A stretch of DNA of 62,371 bases, the filler included, from Globobulimina sp. (taxonomy: Eukaryota), in assembly GCA_003354225.1 (NCBI GenBank). It is 33 parts of 33 records of this genome, joined end to end, with 100 filler letters (N's around TTAATTAATTAA, not from the genome) between each part and the next. Parts side by side here need not be neighbours in the genome. Positions count along the whole stretch, not along the records: positions 26,516 to 28,308 come from PIVH01011880.1; positions 28,409 to 30,201 come from PIVH01011881.1; positions 30,302 to 32,094 come from PIVH01011882.1; positions 32,195 to 33,987 come from PIVH01011883.1; positions 34,088 to 35,880 come from PIVH01011884.1; positions 35,981 to 37,773 come from PIVH01011885.1; 27 more parts are not named here. One strand, written 5' to 3'. Below are positions 26,516 to 37,873 of this stretch, one piece after another. The translations under genes and the position numbers were made by a program. A model generated the notes under the pieces. It ran no database searches. It was not told where the DNA came from and worked only from the letters and a program-made list of their open reading frames with translations. How positions within the stretch are numbered: the first letter of the stretch is position 1; every line of letters starts with the position of its first letter.

Positions 26516-26785
26516 TATCAATATTGCAGTGTTGGGGATGTACAAAGATCAGCAACTGGTTATGAAGGATTTTGGATTGCTATGACCGGAGCAATTTGTT
26601 TAATATTCTGGTGGATATTATTTACGATCTGGTTTTGTGGTAAAAAAGTGGGTGTGACGGACTTTGGTGGCGGGAGAGCCGGTGATTCGGAGAGAACAGA
26701 GAGACAAAAACATCCCATTGCACAAGATAGTGATGATGATGAAGAAGAAGAAAATTCAAGAATGGAATTGGCTCCACGTACTTAA
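26516..26785 (+). CDS. 3' end of a membrane protein
   Basis: TM segment followed by an acidic tail. Confidence 0.45.
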   Translation, partial: YQYCSVGDVQRSATGYEGFWIAMTGAICLIFWWILFTIWFCGKKVGVTDFGGGRAGDSERTERQKHPIAQDSDDDEEEENSRMELAPRT

Positions 26786-26960
26786 TGTAATTGTAACGTT
26801 AACATAATAAACATTCTTTCGATTCTCAAATCTCAATATTGTTTCTTATATTTTTATACTTGTACAATTATTATGGTTTTTCAATTTTTTTTTTCTGTGA
26901 AAAGTAAAGTACACGATCTATGAGTATTAATTAATGAGTTACAGTAAATGCATCGAGATA

Positions 26961-27911
26961 TTATTGTAATTGTACAGCTAAGTCATACATATTCAAACTA
27001 ATAGCTGTATCTGCAGCGGTTTCACCATCTTCATCTTTAATTTTACGATCTGCACCAATTTTAAATAAATATTTAATTAACTCAACCGCATCATTTTCAT
27101 TTTCCCGAAATATTGCTCGATGCAGAACAGTTCGACCAATCCAATTTTGACGATTTATATCAATATAATTTGAATATGATTCATAAAAAAATTTTATATC
27201 ATTTAAACTTGATTCTTTTTTGATGAGTGCAAAAAATGTATCCCAACAACCAACGGATTTAAAATATTCAAATATTGCATTGAAATAATTTTTTGTATCA
27301 TTATCAGGAAATGTTATCTTATTCGTATCACAACACCAAAATTTTTTAAATTGTTTCGAATCTATTTCATTTTCATCCATCTCATTATCAAATTTTTGCT
27401 CATTTCCTTTTTTAATATTATACCCATCAAATTGCAACATACAATCAAATAATTTGGATAATAAATTATCGTCAATTTTGAATGGAAATGTCCCTTTTCT
27501 CTGATATGACAATTTTGGGAGATACAGTTTCTTTTTCTTTTTATAGCGATGAAACAATTGAATCCATGATTCTTTTGTAAAATTATCTTCATTAAAATCA
27601 GCCATACAATCATCGAGAATTAAATATGTTGATCCCATCCATGATTCTAATTCATTTTCAGTGTCCTCATTTTCATTTTCCTCGTTTTCATCTGAAACAG
27701 TGTCTGATGATTGATCTGATTCTTTTTTATTTTCGAAAATTACATTTTTATTGTTATTTGTAGTGTCATTTTCTTTATATCTGGCTATTAATTGTTTTGC
27801 TTCGAGATATTTAATTTTTTTTCCATTTTTTTTGCCAAATGCTATCAAATGCGACTCATATTTAGGTGGATAGCCATATTGTGTAATATATGAATTAAAA
27901 ACGTCAGCCAT
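26961..27911 (-). CDS. Protein with C-terminal ankyrin repeats
   Basis: GRTVLHRAI...LIKYLFKIGAD..IKDEDGETAADTA. Confidence 0.8.
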   Translation of the reverse strand: MADVFNSYITQYGYPPKYESHLIAFGKKNGKKIKYLEAKQLIARYKENDTTNNNKNVIFENKKESDQSSDTVSDENEENENEDTENELESWMGSTYLILDDCMADFNEDNFTKESWIQLFHRYKKKKKLYLPKLSYQRKGTFPFKIDDNLLSKLFDCMLQFDGYNIKKGNEQKFDNEMDENEIDSKQFKKFWCCDTNKITFPDNDTKNYFNAIFEYFKSVGCWDTFFALIKKESSLNDIKFFYESYSNYIDINRQNWIGRTVLHRAIFRENENDAVELIKYLFKIGADRKIKDEDGETAADTAISLNMYDLAVQLQ

Positions 27912-28408
27912 ATACTAAATGGTACAAGAGAAAAACTTTGGTGAATGCCAGTGGAATGAACAAAGAAGTTTCTGAAAAGGAAGGATTATATATTTATATA
28001 TGATTGAATTTACTGAAAAATGCTTATGGTTTCATTCATTTTTGTTTAAATTAAAAATGTTGAACAAAATGCAGTCAGTCAGTCAGTCACAAGAAAACAT
28101 CATGCATCATCCAACATGGCAATGGCAACTCAATTGCAAGCTTGCAAGTCGATCAGGATCGGATCGATCCTGTATTTAACAATGAACAATGAAGACGGGC
28201 CACTTGAATTGATGATGAACATTTTACAGTACATATAATCATTTTATTGTTGTTACACAAGTCAAGCATTCATATCAATGATATAGATATAATATATTGC
28301 TGCCTCTCNNNNNNNNNNNNNNNNNNNNNNNNNNNNNNNNNNNNNNNNNNNNTTAATTAATTAANNNNNNNNNNNNNNNNNNNNNNNNNNNNNNNNNNNN
28401 NNNNNNNN

Positions 28409-29383
28409 GCCGATATTATACTATCATGCACGCCGGGAAAAAATATCGTGCCTGTTCGGAGACGCAATTTATTACAAAATCCAAACGGAAAAACACTATG
28501 CAAAGCTGCGGAGATTATATGTCCGGTGGAAAGTGGCTGTGTAGTGTTAAATCCATTTGGTAGACATCATTACGGCGTGGATTATGCATTGCAGTCTAAT
28601 ATGAATATAATATCTGCTGCGAATGGAGTGGTGGAACGCAGTGGTTCTTCAGCGGTGTATGGTAATGTTATAATTATCCGAAATGAAGACGGCTCGGCTG
28701 CGATTTATGCGGATTTGAGCGAGAATTTAGTGTTTTTAGGCGACGCAGTACGGCAAGGACAGGTTATAGCGATTGGAGGAAGTATGTATTTCCATTTTGA
28801 GTATATTGCAAATGGCGAGATTTATCAAACTAAAAAACGTATAAATCCAAACGATTGTTTTGCATCGCCATGGCCTACGCAGAGTGGTGGTGGTGATGGC
28901 ACTGGTTTTCCTACGCTGAAACCTACAAAACCACCGTTGGTAGCACCCAATACATATTCCCCTACGATAGCACCTACGTTAGTTACTGGGTCGATTACGG
29001 TGAGAGATAGTGGGCGATTACCGGACGACGCATTTGCTGTTTATATTGATGTTATGTGTAATCTGTTTAACATTTTAGCTATAATAGTCATAAATGTTCT
29101 GTTTAATTGTTAGGGTTTTAAGGTTTGTGAGACTGAAGTCGGCCATCCCAATACGTGTGCGATTAGTTTCTTGCGTCCTGGATTGCATACGTTGACATTG
29201 GAGGTAATAATCGCACCGGATACATTCGGCACATTTTATGTGGCATTGAGCAATGGCTGGAAGTTTACGGACGGTACAAATAGTACAACATTTGAGGATG
29301 ATACGACCAGCCTATTCCCCGTTGGATGGCAGGGCTCATGGGATTTTACTGTGCCATTTCCTGATGTTCCTGTTCCACCGTAG
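28409..29383 (+). CDS. Peptidase M23 (LytM)-fold protein with a C-terminal beta domain; intron 29051-29113
   Basis: HYGVDY, AANGVV, YGNVIII, V..GQVIA..G, FHFE, INP; the intron joins in frame to GFKVCETE...RPGLHTL. Confidence 0.8.
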
Positions 29384-29676
29384 ATGATATATTATTTGTT
29401 TATTATTATATTATATGTTTTTGTTATTTTTTTTGTCTTGTTATAAAGTGTGAAACTACATTATTTTTTTTGTCATTATTTTTTTCCTTGTTTTTTTTTG
29501 TTTAATCATTTTTTTAGATTTTTTTTTTGTATTATTTTAGCGTTGTATTAAAATTCTTATTTTTTTATATTATTTTAACTTTGTTGACCACAGATTCAAA
29601 GCTTAGAAAATTTTCTACAATCTCGCATCAATAATTATCATTCCTTCGCGTACAGTCTGTAAATTGAAAACGCAAA

Positions 29677-30152
29677 ATGGATCCAGGTTGGTTAGTGATA
29701 TTTGTGTTCCTTATTGTTGAAGTTCCGTTGGTATTGTTTTAATTATGCAGTTTATACACATCATATGATATAATTTTATTTTTTTGTAGTCGGTTATTGT
29801 GGCTTTGCTCGTAATGCCAATGGGTACTAATATGATACGTGGAGCCGTTGTGACCGCATTATCCAAACTATGGAATTCAAATTCAGCCATACGATACATA
29901 TCCTATTTAATTGTATTTATCAATGTGGCATATTTTGTAATGACGTACAAAAATGTATATTATAGCCCACCAAAGGAAATGTTAAGTCGATGGGAAGAAT
30001 GTGATACAAAAATATTACTATTTAGAGAACAAAGGAATTTATATATCACTGGATTTTCAATATTCCTATTCTTTGTATTTCGGAGAGTTTTAGATATTCA
30101 ATGTAAATTGCATGAAGCACGGAAAATTGTAAAGGCAAACAAAAAGAAATAA
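29677..30152 (+). CDS. BCAP31: B-cell receptor-associated protein 31/29 family
   Basis: LLFREQRNLYITGF motif, three TMs, C-terminal KKK; first intron ends at 29789. Confidence 0.85.
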
Positions 30153-30301
30153 TGACACTTTAATATGGCCGGGTTGTGACATTAATTTTTTTGTTTAAAT
30201 TNNNNNNNNNNNNNNNNNNNNNNNNNNNNNNNNNNNNNNNNNNNNTTAATTAATTAANNNNNNNNNNNNNNNNNNNNNNNNNNNNNNNNNNNNNNNNNNN
30301 N

Positions 30302-30664
30302 CTATCTAAGGGACAGACTTTTAAAAAAGGTTTTTATTGTGCGCCTGCAGGCGGTGTATCGGAACACAATATAGGTTCAATGAGCTATGCACAGTGTGTG
30401 GAGAAATGTGAATCTATGGGAGGAAGATTAGCGACAAAACAAGAAGTACTGGCTCATTTATCCGGTGGCGTTGGAGGTGATGTATGGACGCCAGTTTCTG
30501 GTGAATCTGATTCGGGAAACGATTGGCTGCAAATTGGAGGCGGTGGTCCCTGGAAATATGGCAAACTGCATACTGAGATTCAAAATGGACACTATGGAAA
30601 ACCAGGGTGGGGCACACTATCTAAGGGACAGACTTTTAAAAAAACATTTTATTGCAAGTATTAA
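30302..30664 (+). CDS. Last repeat of a tandem Link/C-type-lectin-like domain protein
   Basis: CVEKCESMGGRLAT..EV, W.PV, NDW.QIG; 27-nt identical match 30302-30328 vs 30617-30643 (315-nt period). Confidence 0.6.
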   Translation, partial: LSKGQTFKKGFYCAPAGGVSEHNIGSMSYAQCVEKCESMGGRLATKQEVLAHLSGGVGGDVWTPVSGESDSGNDWLQIGGGGPWKYGKLHTEIQNGHYGKPGWGTLSKGQTFKKTFYCKY

Positions 30665-30820
30665 TAATTTTTTGTGTGTTTTTGTATTTTTCTTATTTGA
30701 GGGAAAATTGAATTGACCCGAAATATAGTTTGTGCTGTTACAAATTACAATGTTTGTGGTATATTATGCATGGACCAAACAATTAATTGATTTTCTAGGG
30801 TTTTTGCGAACTACTCTAAA

Positions 30821-31810
30821 ATGGCACAGCCAAAAGTAGACGAAAAGAAAGAAAAACAATCGATACCATCACAATTTGGATTGGAATATAAATTTAATGC
30901 AGAAGAGGCGGTGGAACTCCCAGAAGATATTGATGATTGGTGCAAAGTTGCATTATCTGCAGCACATTTAGCAGGCGAAGCGATTAAACAGTACATCAAT
31001 GACAAGCAAGCAAAAACATTGTCAGTGAAATCAAATGAGACAGATCTTGTGACTGCCATTGACAAGAAATGTGAAGATATCATACTCGCAAAGATCAAAT
31101 CAGCATTTCCCAAACATGACATATTTGCAGAAGAGTCAGTTGAGGATGCCACAAAGCATAACATTACAGATAAGCCGACTTGGTTTATAGATCCAATTGA
31201 TGGCACTACAAATTTCGTGCATGGTTTACCGATTGTTGCTGTCTGCATTGGTTTAAGAATCAATAAAATTGCTGTTTTAGGCGTTGTGCACTGTCCTATT
31301 TTGCATGAAACTTTTTATGGTATTTTAGGAAAAGGTTCGTTTCTCATTGTTGGGGATAAAACCGATAATAAAAGCAGATTACATACGAGTTTGACTCAAA
31401 TTGATAGCCAGACCGCAATGAGACAGGCATTGGTTTTGACAGAAGTTGGTTATGACAGAAGTGAAAAATGGGTCAACTCAACGAATCGGAGATTTTATGA
31501 TTTATTGTATAAGCAAGGCGGTGTACGCTCGATACGAATGTTGGGTTCCTGTGCAATAAATATGTGTTGGATCGCGTGTGGGAGAGCTGATATTTTCTTT
31601 GAAGGAAGGAACAAAAAATGGGGTCCAAAACCATGGGATTTTACTGCCGCTGAAATAATTGTGACCGAAGCTGGTGGCATTGTATGTATGCCGGAGGGAA
31701 CATTGCCATTCGATTGCACTCAAGGAAGGGTGTTATGTTGTAACAACACAAAAACTGCACAGTATTTAGTTGATATGAAACTTTATACCAAAGAAGATGC
31801 AACTGATTAA
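30821..31810 (+). CDS. IMPA: Inositol monophosphatase
   Basis: DLVT, AEE, WFIDPIDGTTNFVHG, WDFTAAEIIVTEAGG. Confidence 0.95.
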   Translation: MAQPKVDEKKEKQSIPSQFGLEYKFNAEEAVELPEDIDDWCKVALSAAHLAGEAIKQYINDKQAKTLSVKSNETDLVTAIDKKCEDIILAKIKSAFPKHDIFAEESVEDATKHNITDKPTWFIDPIDGTTNFVHGLPIVAVCIGLRINKIAVLGVVHCPILHETFYGILGKGSFLIVGDKTDNKSRLHTSLTQIDSQTAMRQALVLTEVGYDRSEKWVNSTNRRFYDLLYKQGGVRSIRMLGSCAINMCWIACGRADIFFEGRNKKWGPKPWDFTAAEIIVTEAGGIVCMPEGTLPFDCTQGRVLCCNNTKTAQYLVDMKLYTKEDATD

Positions 31811-32391
31811 ATTTAAATTGATGTATATTATATTAACATATATTTTAATATTTTAATTATCTTTTCTATCCTCGCACATAAAGGGAAATTGTGCATAATT
31901 GAATTTTCGGTATACCTAAGGGGGTTATCCAAAAAGGGGGGTTATCTTTTGGAATAATCATCAAACTAAGTAACTAACTTAGATTGAAGTCACACTAAAT
32001 GTAATGAAAACTTTTGAATTCGACAATGTAAACAACGTTTCAATAACGTTTCGGATTTGCTGTTTTGTTATAGAAACAACGTTGTTTACATTGTNNNNNN
32101 NNNNNNNNNNNNNNNNNNNNNNNNNNNNNNNNNNNNNNTTAATTAATTAANNNNNNNNNNNNNNNNNNNNNNNNNNNNNNNNNNNNNNNNNNNNAAGTTG
32201 TGCATAAAATTGTATGCAGGTTGTATACATTCAGAGAAGGGTAGCCTCAGATTACGGCTTCCATTTAATCAGAGCAAAGGAGAGAAAAAAGAACCAATAA
32301 ACGGTATCTTTCCTGGGACTCAAAAGGGAGAAGGGGCCAATCCTAACAACCTTAAGAAGGAAAAAAACAGTCAAAGGCAAACTAACTCCCC

Positions 32392-33987
32392 TTAATAGAA
32401 AAGAGAATGGAGAAAATGTAAAATGATACCTTCTAAATCTTGCACGATGTCACGGCCTGTAATTTTTCGGCCATTTTCAGTCAATTTCGAATTGATTAAT
32501 TTATTTATGAGGGAAACCTCGGTATTTTCAACCTGACTGATTGCCAAATCAACCATCGTCAAAACACAATCTTGCTTCTTCTTTTTGTCAACACCGGGCG
32601 CAGACAATAAATATTTATCCATTTTAATTAATCGCTGCAAATTGGTGGTATTTGGGTCAAATTGGAAGGTTGGCTTCGTTGCATAATTTCTGCGATCCAA
32701 TTCATGTTTTAATTGACGATGTTGCTGTCGTACTTGATCTGTAATGGATGTTCTGAACGCAGCCAAATCGTTTTTGGTGATGGCATTCGGATTTTGAGCG
32801 GGAATGTTTGGTGGAACAAAAGTGGGAAAACGAAAGCGAGAATGCACGGTAGTTTGAGTGGTGGCGGTGGCATCATTCGGTTTGTTACGCTTCGCCGATT
32901 GATGCGGTGAAGTTCCGTGTTCACGCGGTCGCTTCTTTTGATTTGGAGAATATTTATCAATCAATATCGTCGGAATTGCTCTATCTTTTAAAATCAAAGG
33001 GAATTTACTTAAATTGACAATGTCATTCGCTTTATTGATGACACCACGATCAAATAAGCGATTTGCGATTGTTGGGGTAATTTTGGCAATGAATTGATAA
33101 GTTTGTGCATTGGAATCGATATTGGCAATGGACGCAATGGCGGCAATCAACGGGGATTCGAGCGGGAGAGACAGATCAAATTTGAATAAAGTCAGATTCG
33201 CGACGATCGCAGCCAACACTGTGGAACATTTCAAATCTTTATTGCCAGTGAGGGCCATTATCTCTGCGAGTTCAGAACGGACGGAAGCTCTGAAATTATC
33301 GCAATTTAAATTCATTGCAGACTTGATCGGATTGTCAACGTCATCGGAAACGGTTTGCTGCGAATTGATCAAATTAATTAAATTGTTGGTTTGCTGTGAA
33401 AATGGCTTTGCCGGTTTTGACGAGGAAGTGGTTGTAGCGGAGGAGGACGATTTATGTTCAGTTGATTCAGTATCAGAATTTAGAGAGTAACTTAAACCAT
33501 TAAAGAGGGCATGATTTGGTGAACCCTCTTCATTATCAATTTCTTCCTGGGAGTGAGAGATCAAAATATCGACATCCTGATCATTGTCATCATCATCGGT
33601 AAAGTCGGTGGCATCGCTATTAAGAAAGGCAAATGCATCAAAGTCAGAGACTTCATCATAGTTTGCATAATCGGGAGAACCTTTGAACTCATCATAATCA
33701 GCTTTGGATAATTCTGTGGCACATAATAACAATAAATCGTGGACACTGCCAATTTGATCGCCTTTTTTAGCGCGTTTCTTGACAATTTGGAGAAACAATT
33801 TAAACGATTGCAACGACGAACGGTTTGATGTCGGCACGAAATATAATTTGGAATCTGGTTGTTGTATTAATTGGATAAGGAAGGAAACCTCGGCGGTATT
33901 GAAATGATCGACGGCATTTGAGGAATTTGAATTCTTCAAATTTGCTTTGAAAAAACTAAATTTCCACCGTCGTTTCAACTCTTTTTT
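32392..33987 (-). CDS. Orphan protein fragment, possibly transposon-encoded
   Basis: At least 528 uninterrupted codons, higher GC than host-like genes, no recognised domain. Confidence 0.6.
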   Translation of the reverse strand, partial: KKELKRRWKFSFFKANLKNSNSSNAVDHFNTAEVSFLIQLIQQPDSKLYFVPTSNRSSLQSFKLFLQIVKKRAKKGDQIGSVHDLLLLCATELSKADYDEFKGSPDYANYDEVSDFDAFAFLNSDATDFTDDDDNDQDVDILISHSQEEIDNEEGSPNHALFNGLSYSLNSDTESTEHKSSSSATTTSSSKPAKPFSQQTNNLINLINSQQTVSDDVDNPIKSAMNLNCDNFRASVRSELAEIMALTGNKDLKCSTVLAAIVANLTLFKFDLSLPLESPLIAAIASIANIDSNAQTYQFIAKITPTIANRLFDRGVINKANDIVNLSKFPLILKDRAIPTILIDKYSPNQKKRPREHGTSPHQSAKRNKPNDATATTQTTVHSRFRFPTFVPPNIPAQNPNAITKNDLAAFRTSITDQVRQQHRQLKHELDRRNYATKPTFQFDPNTTNLQRLIKMDKYLLSAPGVDKKKKQDCVLTMVDLAISQVENTEVSLINKLINSKLTENGRKITGRDIVQDLEGIILHFLHSLFY

Positions 33988-34472
33988 NNNNNNNNNNNNN
34001 NNNNNNNNNNNNNNNNNNNNNNNNNNNNNNNTTAATTAATTAANNNNNNNNNNNNNNNNNNNNNNNNNNNNNNNNNNNNNNNNNNNNTGTAGTAATGATA
34101 TGATTGGAGATGTTGAGTCATTGAATCATGAAAAAAGTGCGTCTGATGTAAGTATGGCGGATATTAAATTGAAATTGTCACATTTACAACAAAGTAAAAG
34201 TAAACCAAGCGAGATTGATACAAATAATCTTGATATACATATCGTATATAAAGCACGAAGTGGTGAGCTTGTTGCTGATGTAAGTCCGTTGACTCCAGGC
34301 ATAAACGTGGTGGATGAACATATACGTGGTGGTGTTTGTTGTATTGTATTATAATGTAATATTTTCAGTTCAAACGCGAACAGTCGAACCAAACAAACAC
34401 ACATACATATCAATGATGTTCAGTTACTTTAAAGTTTCTTTAGTCCAAAAAAAAACAAAGCATTTGAACGAT

Positions 34473-35454
34473 ATGGCAACTTCATTTTTCTTATATGTAA
34501 GTATATTAATGATGTCAATGGAATTATCTTCATTTGCAATGTGTAAGTTAACCATTTCATTCTAAATTAAATGCAAACATCAAATATTAATAAAATTATA
34601 CATATGCAGCATGTGGCAATCTAGTAATTAACTGCAATTCTGGCGATGTTTGATGCTATTCAGGTCCATTTTCATTAATTGCTGCTCATTTAACGGACAT
34701 AAATCGCTTACCATTTTGGTCAAATTCACCAACACCAACACCAACAAATTCCCCATCATCTTCACCAACAAGCAAACCAACTTTCCGTTTGATATCAATT
34801 CCTTACAATACAATAAAGCCAATAAACCCACAACAAATATATACGAACGACATAACCCCATTATTACAACATATACCAACCGCAACCAATACACCGACAC
34901 CAAATCCAACTCAAACGTATATAGCGGGCACGCATATCATCACACATTCCAATGCAGAGCCATTGGCAATAAAATATTCACAAATCCCAACACCGAATCC
35001 AAGCACCAAACCTACGGCAAACCCAATTGTAACACAAAAATCTACACTAAAACCAACATTACAATATCGATCGCCTCCAAATAGGAAACAAGGCTCAAGC
35101 GGCTCTTCTTCTTCTTCGTCAGATGAGGATGGATCAGTACGCGAAGAGAAACAATCCGAAGCCATAAATTTTGATTTGGTAAACTATACAAACGATATTG
35201 ATCAAGGAAATCAATCTGGAAAAGCACCAACGAAAATGTTTTTTGTCGAAATGTTTGTAATTTTTGTGATGATTTGCATATTTGTAATTTGCTGTAACTG
35301 TTATTCAAAAAGAAAGGTAAAAAAAACAAATAATACGGATGTCATTTATGAGAGCGATGATTGTATTTTATATGATGGATATGATGGAAATGACTGTGAT
35401 GGTAATAGTTCAGAGAAAGATTCAGATGAAACACCCGTACCTTCAGTGTTTTAA
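34473..35454 (+). CDS. Signal peptide + Pro/Thr stalk + TM surface protein with an in-frame TGA at 34651
   Basis: ATG 34473, intron ending 34609, SPTPTPT repeats, TM FVIFVMICIFVICC. Confidence 0.55.
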
Positions 35455-35681
35455 ACTTTTAATTAAGTTTTAAGAGTGCTTAATTATATTTTTCCGTTTT
35501 AGATTTTTATTAATTATTATTTTTTCATTTATTTTTTTCAATTCTGTGATTTAATTTAATTTTAACTGTTGGCGGGTTTCCTTTTTCAAACTGTTTTCTT
35601 TTCTAAACTTACAACTACGAAATTCTATTTCTCTAAACTCTGAACAAAACAAATTACCATTTCCCTGCACCCAACCAAACA

Positions 35682-35880
35682 ATGTCAAATTCCAATACTT
35701 CCAACTGTATTGCTCATCAATTAGCTGAACGTAGAGCTCGTTTAGCCAATCGAGCAAATAATACAAACAGCAATTTAAACAACTACAAACATAATAATAA
35801 CAACCATATGGACGATTTTGAGTATGCCATGCGATTACAACAGCAGTTCGATGCAGAACAGAACAACAACAACATTGTAA
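35682..35880 (+). CDS. N-terminus with an MIU-like ubiquitin-binding motif
   Basis: DDFEYAMRLQQQFDAE. Confidence 0.5.
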
Positions 35881-35980
35881 NNNNNNNNNNNNNNNNNNNN
35901 NNNNNNNNNNNNNNNNNNNNNNNNTTAATTAATTAANNNNNNNNNNNNNNNNNNNNNNNNNNNNNNNNNNNNNNNNNNNN

Positions 35981-36575
35981 TGGAGGAGTGCGTGGTCACC
36001 CATAGAGAGGTGCAGCAGGTTTCACCCTGACCCCATGGGGAAGAGAGTGAGCTCGAGAAGAAGAATTTAACTAAAGTGACATTTGGGCGTTGGCCCATAA
36101 ACTGGCAGACAAAATCCCTACGTCAAGCACTGGAATGAAATGACTCTCCCCAGCCGGAGGAAAGCCAGCTGTGAACGAAGGGGTGTTTAACCTCGGTGCC
36201 CATATGCGCAGCCCCCATGTTAGTGGCTAATTCTCCACTTGGTTCCAATCCCAGGGAATGATGGCAAGAGGGTGTTATGGTTATTTGCCTTCCACCCCTG
36301 CAGCCGGACTGGGGACCTGACAAGCAATGTCTGGGTGTTTCTGTCGCTGTCTGTGACACCAGCATCTCACGGAAATCAAGATTGATCATCAGTGAACACG
36401 ATTACTGTGATCGTAATGTCATTCTGCAGTGTGATTGTGCCATTGACCTCCCCTTGATGGCATTAAATTCATACCTCTACACCCCTCCATAGCTTCCCAC
36501 CATGCATTGATTCACGGCAAGGTAGATCCACGCTCGCGATCAACCCATGAAATTCATTACTGTGACCCCCACATT
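35981..36575 (+). ncRNA. Candidate large structured RNA, family unassigned
   Basis: GC-rich non-coding island with nested long-range helices and G-U pairs favouring the + strand. Confidence 0.55.
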
Positions 36576-36585
36576 TGAATTATAA

Positions 36586-37773
36586 ATGTATAATTTCCGA
36601 AACAACCACAATTATGATAGCACTAAACGTGAACAAAAAGAGAAACTGGCTAAAGAAGAAGCAGCATTACGACAAACAGTGGAAGAGAATACAAATAGTC
36701 GTCGTGCTCGTTTAGAATTAGCGAAATTTCTATTCCATCAAAACGAATTTAGTGAGGCAGAAGAATTAGCATTGTCTGTATTGGAGATAGATGATAATAA
36801 CGCAAATGCTTTTTGTTTATTAGGTCGTATTTATGGATTTGGAGAGCCTCAAAATGTGATGAAATCTGAAGAATACTTCAAAAAGGCATTATTATCCGAC
36901 ACATCCTATGCCAAAGCTCATTATTTTTATGCCTATTTACTGCGAAGCAGATTAGAGAGATACTCGCAAGCCGAGGAACACTATAAAAGGGCAATGGAGT
37001 TGCGGCCCGATGATGTCACCTCGTACAATGACTGTGCCATTATGTTAGTCAGACAAAATAGGTCTGGCGAAGCTAAAAAATTGTATGAAAAAGTGTTACA
37101 ATTACAACCAGACCACGCCATTGCACATTTTAACTTAGCTAACTTATTAAGAAAAGACCTTAAGGACTATAAATCCGCTGAAAAGTTAAGTATATAATTA
37201 TATTTTTGCGAATGTGCGTATATAAATATATACACATTACAATTAAAAAAAAAGGCATTTTTTAGTATCCATACAAAAACGACCCAAATTTACAGCAGCC
37301 TTAAATAATTATGCAACAATGTTACATCACCAATTAAAACGGTATAACGAGGCAGAACATTATTATTTAAAAGCACTTCAAATCGATGAGTCGTACAGTC
37401 GCGCACATTTTAACTATGCCAATCTATGTCGAGAACACCTTAAAAAATATGATTATGCGCAAGAACATTATTTAAGAGCCATTATGAATGATTGTAGAAA
37501 TCCTAATTTTTATAATAATTATGGCTTATTATTACAATATGCATTAAGGAAATATCGGAAAGCTAAAAAACAATATGAAATTGCCTTGAAATTAGATGAT
37601 TTGCATGCTTTGGGACATTGTAATTATGCCACTATTTTGATGCAAATGGTTGATAAAAAATATAATAAACATTACAATGAAAAATGCGATCAATTTGACG
37701 ATAATTCAGGCGATGATAATGATCCATACTTTGACGATGAGGACGATGACTATGGAAAGAAAAAATCAATTCC
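36586..37773 (+). CDS. TPR-repeat protein, intron near 37185-37254
   Basis: Repeated AHFNYANL...Y..AEEHY..A TPR units. Confidence 0.9.
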
Positions 37774-37873
37774 NNNNNNNNNNNNNNNNNNNNNNNNNNN
37801 NNNNNNNNNNNNNNNNNTTAATTAATTAANNNNNNNNNNNNNNNNNNNNNNNNNNNNNNNNNNNNNNNNNNNN

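Noticed and set aside
36024-36033. ACCCTGACCC as a telomerase template
   Set aside because: Would encode TCAGGG, for which the window gives no support; too short to call
36386-36392. Hammerhead core CUGAUGA on the - strand
   Set aside because: No stem II followed by GAAA; G-U polarity favours the + strand
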